NCBI GenBank assembly: GCA_905178155.1
Contig: CAJINV010000003.1
Span: forward strand, 3,839,600 to 3,903,599
From: Amoebophrya sp. A120
Taxonomy: Eukaryota > Protista > Dinoflagellata
Length of the DNA stretch: 64,000 nt
Direction: 5' to 3'
Shown here piece after piece: positions 1 through 10,252 of this stretch (the first letter of the stretch is position 1; every line of letters begins with the position of its first letter). A program made the position numbers and the translations under genes. Under the pieces are notes generated by a model. It was given only the letters and a program-made list of their open reading frames with translations, made no database searches and was not told where the DNA came from.

Positions 1-109
1 CTGAGTAGTGTTCTGTGTTTGACGGTGCTATGTGCTTTTTCTACAGTCAGAGGCATTCGTGTGTGTGATCGTGACTCCGCCAGTCTAGCACCTTGGGACT
101 CTCCTGTTA

Positions 110-1700
110 GACCAAAGCCCGCCGCCGCGCCTAGCGTTCGCAGAACAGAAGGCGCCGCGAGTGCCTCCGTGGGGTGCTTGTGCGGCGCTGCCGCGCTTCG
201 CTGCCTCCTGCCCAGTGTGGCGGCCGAAGGCGGCAGGAATCTCCGCCCGGATCTCATCGGCCGACCCGGCCAGACGGCGCGCCCGCTACATTGGGGGGCG
301 ACGACGGTGGGCGGTGGCGCCGCCCTTTCGGCCTCGATGGATCGCTTTTGACGCGCGGAAGTTCTGCGCCTGGTTCTCTTCGCGGTTTTCTTCCGGTTCC
401 TGCCCGGCTCCTGGTTCGCCGGGATTTCCGCAGCCGCAGCGCAGTGCGCGCTCATGCAGAACGCCGAAGCGTTGTCGATTGATTGCGGGACTCGCTCCGT
501 GGCTTGGCTATTTTGGAACAGGGGCCCAGGCGGGGCTGTGTGTGCTCGCAAAATATGCAAAAGGGGCGGCGGGCGGCGCGACTACTTTTGCTGGCGCGCG
601 GGGGCGAAGCCCGGGCCCGCGTGTCGTTTTTGGCCCGCCGGCTCCCCGGCCTCGGGCGGCGCGGAGCGGATCTCCGCTACTTTGCCGCCTACGCGGGCAG
701 CGGAGACAAACAGGGTGGCGAGGGGGCCGCAGACCTCTTGAGGCGCCTCGCCGGTTCGTTGGTTGGGCCCCCAGCAAGCACGCAGGCCCGCGCGCCATCG
801 GCGCATCATCACCGCCGGGGGGCCGACGCCGGGAAGGGCGGGGCCGACTCGTATCCGGCCTTTTCCCCGGATGGGGGGCGCTCTGCCGCGGATTCCGCGA
901 AGCTGCGGGGCCGTTCTGGAGGGGGAGGGCCGCCGAAGCGGGGGGATGCGCCCTGTGTGCGATGGAGAAAACTTCGGCGCGGCACGGGGCGGCCGGGCCG
1001 CTGTGAGTTGGGGCCGCGACTGTCGAATGGCCTTTGGCGGGCCGCGCCGGCCCGACTTGGTTCAGCCGCGCGGCCGGGCCGGGGGCTGCACGCCGTGAAG
1101 CGCAGCACGCCGCCGGCCGCTGCCGTGGGTGGTCCGGGTGGCGCGCAGTTTTGCCCGCGGCGAAACTGCGGGCCCCACCGAGACGCCAAGTGCCGCAGTC
1201 GCCCGGCCCGCCGGCAACGAGAACGACGCGGACAATGGGGGAGGCAAAAACAACCCCGGGGCCGAAGTTCCCGCTGCCAACCAGAGGGGGGGCCTGTTGC
1301 TCCGAAAATAAGGAGCCGCCCCCCGCGCTCGCACGCAATTCGCCACGCAGGCGCGCGGCGCCGCCGCCCGCGCCCGCAGTGTGTCGCGCTGGGCTGTTGG
1401 GCCCAGGCCGCCGGCCTTTTGGCTTCGGCGGAGCTAAGGCCCGAACGCAGGCTGGCCCCTTTCGGTGCCCGCGCTGAAGGGGCGCGGCGCGAGCCCATCG
1501 GCGCGTAGAGGGGCGGGCGCGGGCGAGTGCGTGGGGCGCCGCGAATTGTTCAGCTCGCGCGCCGCAGCGGTTGCTCAGGGTACTGGCGCGGGAAAGGTGC
1601 CGGCCGGCCCGGCCGGCGGGAAGTGCGGCTCGGGCGCCGCTCTCTGCGTCGGCGGCTCTTCTATTAATTTGGTCCACGGACGCCTCGTCTCCTCGCAACG
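110..1700. other. GC-rich island with G-runs, probably non-coding
   Basis: Much higher GC than the flanks (1081-1140 is 48/60 G+C). Overlapping Arg/Gly/Ala/Pro ORFs in all six frames have no recognisable domain. Boundaries are approximate. Confidence 0.55.
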
Positions 1701-2646
1701 CCGCTCGTGCTTGGAACATGATCGGAACTCGGAACAGTAATGGAAATGGCCCAGCGCCGATAGCGTTTGTGCGTCGCCAGCGCGCACCGACTTTTTGTGC
1801 ATGTGGTGTTCGTGATTCATGCGTATTTATCGTGCCGACGTCGGCACTTTTTGAAAGCAGTATAATTCAACGCGCCTCGTGTTAATGGCAGCTTTTTTCC
1901 CAGCGGATCCCCAAGCCTCAGCATTGCAAACGAGAGTGCGCTGGTTCGAGAGCTCCAAAAAGCCTGCTTCGGTTCGAAGGCCCTGCGTGGGTACGCGTGT
2001 TATTGACGATGAACATCATGCCACTATGGAAGCCACAGCTTGGGTATCTGACGCCGCAGTACCCAGCGACCAAGCAAGAAGGGGCGACGAGCGTGCTGAA
2101 TTTGAACTTTGTTCCAAAGTACTCACCACGGACTCCGCGCGCGATAGGCACAGGGAAGGGTGCACGCGAACAGGACCAGCAAGGCACCCCCGCGTAAAGT
2201 GCTGGCTTGTCTCCTCAAAAGCATTGCTGATGCACACTTTTTTTGTCGTGCAATTCCTCAGCGCAAAGGCCATTTCCGACCGAGCTATTGAGGACGATCT
2301 GTGTAATATGTCGGATTTCGATTCCTTCAAATAACAGGTTGGCGGCAAGTGTGACGCATTCGGTAGCAGATCTGGAGCAGGCGCTGGCTCGGCTGCAGAA
2401 GGGACGCAACTTCGTGCAGAGCAACAAAAGAGTGACGCTTACGCCTCACGAAATATCGTTGTCCAGAGCGGTGCTCGCGATTTGGCGCGCAAATTGCTAC
2501 AATCACGATGAAGCGCTTGTGTCCCGCGGCCACGCAATAGAGGAAGCCAGTATTCTTTTTCATCGGTAGTTTGCGGTCTGTCAAAAAGAAAAAACAAAAC
2601 ACTTCATCATGCTGCACATCAATCATGCTACGGTAATATTCTGTTA

Positions 2647-3408
2647 ATGCGAAAACTAAAAGGAACCGAGTGTCAGAGCGGGTTTCGCTCGCGAGCTGAC
2701 AAACTAGCGCGCGAATTCGTCGGGGCGAAGCGTCGCGAAAAAGATCTGGAAATGAGAAAAACGGCTGAGCGCGAAACCGCCGCGGGGCATGCTCGAGACA
2801 TCGCCGCCCTGAACGCGGACATAGAATTTTTGGAAGAAAAGCTGCGACTCGCCGAGTGCACGGCTGTGCGGAACCTGCAGCATCACGTTTCGGTGTACGC
2901 CTCACGGGTGGAAAATTTTGCCGCAGCAGGAGGAGGACACCATGCGTCTTCCTCGGGTCCTCCCGGAGGGCCGGTCGAACGCGAAACGACCGCCACGGCG
3001 AGCCCCCGGGACCTGCTCCTGCAGAGAAAAAGCACGTCCCGCAGCTTCGGCATCGAGGTTAGTACCGGCGGCGTCGCGGAAATGGAAGTTGAGCAGGGCG
3101 ACGAGTCGCCTCCTCCGGGTAACGTGCAGGGGGCTCACAACAGATTTCAACAGCGGCAGCTAGGGAGGTTTTCTTCCCCGGAGGCGTGGCGACTGGGTCA
3201 TTCGCAGCCGAGGCCGAGGGCCGAGGTGGCTGGTCAACCACTGAACATGGAAGCCCTGCGCGGCATCAAGTCTGATCTGCAAACACTCAGTTTTCAGTTT
3301 CTTAGCGATCCTAAGATTCACCGCATAGTGCAAGCAACCCCCACGTTGGGAACGCGGGACCAGACAAGTAAACTCTGGGTGTATCCCCGATGCGCTTCTC
3401 CAACGTGA
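2647..3408 (+). CDS. Exon of a multi-exon hypothetical coiled-coil protein (gene probably spans ~2000-4150)
   Basis: 253-aa ORF with a heptad-like charged segment (KRREKDLEMRK...DIEFLEEKLRLAE). Flanking AT-richer intron-like DNA. Exon structure not resolved. Confidence 0.45.
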   Translation: MRKLKGTECQSGFRSRADKLAREFVGAKRREKDLEMRKTAERETAAGHARDIAALNADIEFLEEKLRLAECTAVRNLQHHVSVYASRVENFAAAGGGHHASSSGPPGGPVERETTATASPRDLLLQRKSTSRSFGIEVSTGGVAEMEVEQGDESPPPGNVQGAHNRFQQRQLGRFSSPEAWRLGHSQPRPRAEVAGQPLNMEALRGIKSDLQTLSFQFLSDPKIHRIVQATPTLGTRDQTSKLWVYPRCASPT

Positions 3409-4147
3409 TTTTTGAGATGGGCAAACAGGAGATTCAGATTGATTGTTGCTGGACAACATTCCACGAGCTGAAAACCAGCATTTGGCTTTGTCGGCGTTCG
3501 TTGCATTGCAGACGATTCTGCGGTAGTTTCGATGAGTTGCCACTTATGTCGATACAAATCGTGAAGTGTGTTGTAAGGAAAACGAGAACCGCAACCGCAA
3601 CTCGATATCATAGAGTGACACACCAGTCGGCCAGTCGTAACGAGAGTTGTGTCGCACAGAGAGGAATTTCGCTTTTCATATCGAGAGACCTTCGGATATT
3701 CGAAAGAGCGTCTAATTATAATGAGCGTCATCTCGATGATTCAGGTCCTCCTACATTTCTTTGTCTTTATCCCTACGTTTTCGAAAGCCTTACCCAAATG
3801 AAAATCATTTAGCTGACGGTGGTTCCCACGCCGCCTCGGCTTTTTGGGACACCCGTTCTACCGGCCCACTACTGTCCACGACCTGTATCGTATTTTTTAT
3901 TCGAAAGAAGTCTTTTTTTCAAGCAATAACAAACGATGGCGGTGCGCTTTTCTCTTTCGTCACGCCGAAGTCTACAAATTGCAGGCAAGGTTGTACATGT
4001 TTTACCGTTCTTTGGATCGTAGGTCGATGAAGGTCTGCCTTCGCGGCTGCGGCGGGGGGAGCTACGCCGGATTCTCGGAATTTTCGTCGCGTGGAGGAAC
4101 TTCGTATTGGCAAAGAGGATATTTATAAGTACCTTTCCGGGCGTAAG

Positions 4148-7100
4148 ATGAAGCTTCGCCTCGTAGCGGTACTTGCCGTCGGGCGCGTGCTGGAAGATCA
4201 CTTGCGGACACGGTTCAGACCCGATGACGATACTGTGCACTCCTGCGCAGTGGAGGACATCTTCGCTCAGCTGGAAGACAACGCGACGACCCGGAATAAA
4301 CTTGATCATGGCCGCCGTTTCCACCAACCTATCGAGCCAAAGCGCCGCGATGGCGGTGCAGGCCCCTTCTCTCCTAGAGAACGACGGTCGCAGCTATTCG
4401 CGAACGCGGCCGCGCACGATGGCACCAGCAACGCGATGAACACCACTACGACAGAAGCTCCGACGGTGTTTGTCGCCACCGGCGGGTACCTGATCACGCA
4501 AGCGCCGCCCCCTCCGGAAGGGGTGTACAACCCCTGTAAGGGCGAAAAGCCGCCAGAAACGTACGAGGAAATATTGGCGGCGGAGGAGGAGGAGCGACAG
4601 GCGGAGCGGGACCGGGCCGCGATCTTGAACTTTGTTCTGATGGTGCTGATCGTGATTGTGCTTCTCCCGACTGTGATTTTTCCCATGCTGGGCATGACAT
4701 TCCTGTCCGGCCCGTTTGCGTTTCTGTACAAGGCACTCGCGGTGAACGCCATCCCGGAGTCGCGGTACCACGCGCCGCTGCAGCAAAACCCGGACGTTAT
4801 GGACTTGGAGTACCCCTGGTACAGTTTCACCGAGGACATGCAGTTGTGCGTGCACGTGTGCTGCTGCTACGCGGCCCGGGTGGTATGAAATGCAAAAGCA
4901 TCGTACTAGTATAAATCGCATGACAAATCTCCTCAGCGTGAGAAATAAAATTTGTAATGCGGATTGAGCCTGAGAAATAAATTTGTAATGCGTGAATGCG
5001 ATTAGTGCGAGTACTTTTGCACAGGATAGGTGGCCCACACGTACGACGCAGCGGAGATCATGCCCTTCTTATCAAATGTAAAAATGTCTGGGTCTGGAAA
5101 CTTGTGATGCTGGGTGGCGTCTCATGATGAGGCCACAAATGCTGGCTCAGCATGAGAAGTTTCTGAGCTTCTAGGTGTTGCCTATTCTGCATGACAAACT
5201 GCGTTTCTGCATCACAGAAAAATGGAGCGCTTGGGTAACGTGCGTGACAGCTTTAAGAGTCATGCCAGACAAGCATGACAAACATGCATTCTTCCAGACC
5301 CAGACATTTTTGCATTTCATACTTCTGGGACGCGTACAAGCGGGCGATCATCTTCAACATCTTTGCGGCCCCGGCGTTCTGCGAGCAGCGGTACCAACTG
5401 CGCAAAACCAAAGGACTCAATCACGACTGGTTTGACATGACCATGCAGGAACAGCGCCGCGCCATGGTGGAAAGCTTCGTGTGCTGCTTCTGCTACGCGT
5501 ATCAGGAAGCCAAGGAGTTGGACGATGCGGCACATGTCCAGATCGTTTGCTGTTGCCAAGTCGCGGATACCGAGGACAAATACGCCGAATTTCCTATTGT
5601 CGGCGCTGCGGTCGCCGCGAAAAAGGCCGAGGATACTTCTAGTACGGTAGCGGACAAGGCTGGCGCCCTCTCGAGACAGCCGTCGGGCGCGGAGTTGGGC
5701 AAGGAGGGAGGTACTTGCTACTATCCTGAAGTTCTGTATGTGAAGATGATGAAAATTAAGTTTTGAATTTTAGAAAATCCACTTTCTACAACTAATAGGT
5801 CTTTCATCATGATCAAAAATATCTGATTTCCTCCTTTCTTTCTGCAGTTCCGTTGACCCAGAAGACGCTGCAGCAGCTGGAGCAGGCAACCGGGGGTGAG
5901 CGTGGTCAGGCCATTCCTGCGGATCAGCAGTCCTTTGCGTCCAAAGTGATCCAGGATTTGGAATCACACGCCGGTGGCACAAGCCGCGCCTCTCCCGCAA
6001 AGAAGAAGGCTCTGGACGATCGTTCGGACGTGATGTCCGTTGCCTCGCACAAAGTTCTCCAAAAGTCTGTCAGCAAGGGAAACGAGCCCGAGGCTGTCAT
6101 GCAGCGCATCGGGGAGGATTCCCCGATTGGCGGCATGCAGCAACTGGAGGACGCCGCGGAGGGCGCTGGCGACGACGACGCACGAGAGCTCACCGAGGAG
6201 CAACTGGCGGCGCAGGAAGAGCGGCGAGAAAAGAGGGCGCGAAGGTTAAGAGAAAGACGGGCACTGGAAGCGACAATCACGGAAGACGAGCGGCTGCGCA
6301 AGCGCACACGCATCCAGAGCATACACGCGCGCGAAAAGGGGAAAGCGCCCGGGATTCCGTTCGAGGTGCATTCGTCAAAAAAGCGAGCCCAGATGGAGCG
6401 CGACCGCGCCGCGAAAGAGGAGCGCAAGCTCGCGGCAGAACGGGAGCGGCTGCGGGCAGAAGGTCTGCTGCCGCCGGAAAGCACCGCGTATTCCAGCACC
6501 GAGGACGCCATGACAGAGGTCGCGCGCACGGAGCGGTCCCTGCGCGGGGCCGTGAACGACTTGAACCGAGCCGACGGCGAGGCATCCGAGACGGATGTGT
6601 ACTCCATGCACACGAAACAGCGGTCCTTGAAAGAAAGCACCTACGCAACCTCGGAGACAACCGACGACTCGGAGTACTCCAGCACGTACATGGCGAAAAG
6701 GCAGGCGAAACAGATGCGGCGAAAGCAGCGCGCGGCAGAGAAGTCGTACATCGACAACGCGGACGACATCAGCGACGCCAGCACAACCGCAAAAGCACTC
6801 GCCCGGGTGAAGCTGCCCGGCGGGGTGTTCACGAAAAAGCAGTTCAAACGCCTGGATGAAATGAAAATCGTATAATTGCTTTGTCAAGTTTTTCTGCAAT
6901 TTGATAATGTGCGATTCCTGGGACGAGTAGCTCTAGACACAGATCATCGGGTTGTTTTTACCTCAGTTTTATTGCATCGGGATGTTCACTCGCATAAAAA
7001 CTGCAGCGCAAGCTTTTTCGAGAAGCAGATGCAGATCAGTCCGGCAGCATCAACATCGAAGAGTTCGGGTTGTTTTTGGACCGCAGGTTTGGCGTGCGGC

Positions 7101-9654
7101 CTAACATGTCGACGCTGGATATGCTGTTGAAGATGATCGATGACAACAACGACGGGGAAATTGACGAGGAGGAGTTTGTGGCCTTTTTCATGCTCATCCT
7201 GAAATACGCCAACGACGCGAAGAAACTCAACGACTTGCGTTCGAAGAAGTTCTTCATTGCCGTCTGCAGTAACGGAGCGCTGCTTCTCAGTTTCGGGTTT
7301 CTCACCCTGTTCGCGTACCAGTCTGCGAAAAAGTGCGAGGAGGTGTGCGTCGACGAGAACATCGCTTGCCCGGGGGAAACGCGCGCGCACTGCACCCTGA
7401 GGTGCTTTGAACCGAAAGAACCCAATACGTATGTCGAGTACGGCCTGGTGGCTAGCATGATGTTCTGGATGCTCGCGAGCGGTATGCTGATTTTCCTATT
7501 CTTCTTGTTCTGCTGCCCAGCCATTGTCACCTGCCTTGGAATGCTGTGCGGTGGCAGGAAGGCAGACAAGACGCCCGTCATCCATTACGACGACGACGGC
7601 GGGGTCGACCCCGAGACCCAAAGCCCCTCGCGCATCAGGCAACAAGTCAGCAGCATGTACCAGATGGCGCTCAGCAAAGGGGTACAAGATCGTGTTTTTC
7701 TGCAGCTTTAATGATGTTCTCCATGAATGATTGCGCGGCGGCGCGGACCTCGACTTCCGTCGTTGATTTGTTGACAAGCGTAATATCCTCGTCCGAAAGC
7801 GAAAGTAATTCAGAGAGAAAAAAGAAACCAGGCTCCTGTTACTTATGAATGTGGTTGACACTACTAACTTATATTTTTTTTTTCGAGCATGGGCAGTACG
7901 TATTTCTGTAAACTCTAAATCCTAATTCTACATTTTTTTAAAACAGCATCGCGTGACGACTCGAGAAGACTACCTGGCAGCTGAAAGAGAGCAGACTTTG
8001 AATCAACTCGCGAAGGGAAATCAGATCTATTTTCAGCCGATCACTGCAGGAGGCGGCCGAAACAAGAAGCGGCACGACCCACGAGTTCCGGATCCGTTGA
8101 AAATCATGGAGGGCGAGTTCGAGACCGAAGACGCTTTCCTACAGGCTTTGGCCAACAATCCGCTGGAGCCAATTGCGTGGGTGCCGCCGGGGTTGGCCGA
8201 CGACTTTGTCGTGGAGGTGGTCGCGAAAGAAGAGGACGAGGAAGAAGTCAATCGCAAGAAGCGCCGAAAGGACAAGCTGAAGCGCATGCAGAAAAAGCAG
8301 AAAAAACAAGACATGCTTGCGCTGAGGGACTCAAGTCCGCCGGCTTTGGAGGATGAGAAAGAAGAGGACTATAGCTACCTGCTGCGAGCGAAGGGGAACA
8401 AACGCCAACCAATCGAGGACCGGTTTCAGCACGCGAACACGAGAGAGATCAAGTCCATGGGTCGTCAGGCGATGAAGCAAATGCAGGGTCTTGCGGACGG
8501 CATGGCTTCCAAGGTGATGGAGTTTGATCCGGAGAAAGCGCAAGAAAGGCAGGATGCGGTCGACGACGCTTTGCTGGACGAGGCTCTGGAGGAAGCCGCG
8601 GGTGGGGCTGGTGTTGCGGGCGGTTCGCTGTCCCGGGAGAGAACCATCGGGCAGCTGGCCACAGCGGAGACCATTGCCGATCTGGGTTCCTTGGAGGAGG
8701 AGCAGGATGGCCTCGGTGAAGACGGAGAAATTGTCGATCAAAACGCGGCCCTGTTCGCTAGCAGACAGCAGCTGATGATTCCAAAAACAGAGGACGAGGT
8801 GCGGCGGGATGCGTACTACGCTACGCCAATCTATAATCACACCGTAGACACGCAGCGAGACCAGGAGCAGTGGGGCAATTGGGAGCAGGATTTTCGAGCG
8901 CAGCAACGGTACAAATTGCGCATAACAATTCCGATCGCGGATCGATGTCAGTGAGTGTTTACTTCAAAATGCAATACTGTCTGATGTTTTTCGATCAGTC
9001 ACCGGGCACAAAGTTGTTAAGTAAGTACCTGTATAGATGTAAATGGTTTCTCTTTCTAGAGCTTATGAAACACCATAAAACACCAGGTCGAACATCAGGA
9101 AGCAGGTGAACCAGTTGATAAAGATCGCCGGCGACGACCCTGACAAATACAAGTCGGCCTTGACGGTTGCCAAACAAAACTTCGGTATTGGGTACGATGA
9201 GGATGACATTCGGCGCATGACTCGCAAGCACAAAGAGCTGTCCGAGGAGAAGGCTGCCAAAGCAGCTGAGAAGCAAGAGCAAATGGAAGTCTACGTGAAG
9301 CAAGTGGAGCAGTGCATGCTCTCTCGCGATCCCTACGGGTTGGAGGAAGCCCTGAAGGGGCTAAAAGAGATGACGCTCGGAACGCGCCAGCACGCACGTC
9401 TGCTCTCCATTGCGCGCGCCGAGTTGCCCGTCGTGCAGAAGGAGGCAGAAGCCGCGCGGGTGGGGCGCGGGGAGCAAAGTCTGGCACCCCACTGGTCCAA
9501 ATACGTCGCGCCAGATGTGTCCGAGGAACTGGCGCCCGGGATGGGGGACCCGCAGGCATTCCAGGTCCCTAGCCGAAAAAAACATGACGAATCCACCGAG
9601 GAGCCTGTGCCCGAGAAAAAGAAAAAAACTGGCGGTAAATTCAAGATAAAGTAG
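4148..9654 (+). CDS. Multi-exon membrane protein with a PLAC8 (Cys-rich) domain, a charged low-complexity region and a pair of EF-hands
   Basis: Proposed exons 4148-4883, 5034-5069, 5327-5710, 5848-6869, 7007-7681, 7947-8908, 9087-9654 join in frame (two introners, four GT-AG introns). The spliced product reads LCVHVCCCYAARVAHTYDAAEIMPFWDAY...RYQLRK...FVCCFCYAYQEAKELD (PLAC8-like) and DADQSGSINIEEF / DDNNDGEIDEEEF (EF-hands). It could be more than one gene, and the start codon is inferred. Confidence 0.65.
4884..5028. mobile_element. Introner/MITE family B, copy 1 (145 bp)
   Basis: Imperfect TIR TATGAAATGCAAAAGCATCGTACT...AGTGCGAGTACTTTTGCACAGGATA. Direct repeat GGTGG at 4879-4883 and 5029-5033. 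Removal restores the frame R-V-A-H-T-Y. Confidence 0.9.
5070..5321. mobile_element. Introner/MITE family A, copy 1 (252 bp)
   Basis: ~30-bp TIR TATCAAATGTAAAAATGTCTGGGTCTGGAA...TTCCAGACCCAGACATTTTTGCATTTCATA. TSD CTTCT at 5065-5069 and 5322-5326. Removal restores M-P-F-W-D-A-Y. Confidence 0.93.
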
Positions 9655-10252
9655 TCGTGTCGCGTTGGCTTGGCCATCATGGCATTTTGACACCTAGTGA
9701 CCTCCTAATAAGTACTTTGACCACTACCTCTACCACACGGCTGCTGAGCTTTTTTTTTGCACAACCCTGCACAAGAACTCTGCCTGCCTTCCTCTGTAAA
9801 ATCAGCGTTGCGCTTTGTACATTCACTTGCTATAATTCTTGAGAATCAGAAAGACGTACACGAAGCGAGCGGGCCCCGTGATAACAAGCGCCTGGGCACG
9901 CGCGTGTTCGTCTCCTACTCAGCGTGAGCTACTTATTTCATCGTTGCGTTCTTCATCTCATTTATCGTCCATGGCGCAAGCCACTGCGTTTTGTCGTGCG
10001 AGTCGAAAAAGAATCGCGTTTCCATCATGTATTCCGTCTATCGTCATAAGCGTTCTACACATTGCCGCGGCCACTTGTCGTGATTCGTTCTTGCCACGTG
10101 CGACTTACTGTACTTCGTCTGTTGTTAGACCGTACGTTTTGACTTCGTTTTTTTCACATTACACCAGACAGTGAAGCAACTTTTTCCCATACCGTGCCTC
10201 CTTTGATTAAACACTTTCACCTAACATATAGTAGACCCACTCGCAGCCGCAG

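Noticed and set aside
19-1885. Many overlapping ORFs of 100-400 aa on both strands
   Set aside because: Expected from stop-codon scarcity at very high GC. R/G/A/P-rich, with no domains.
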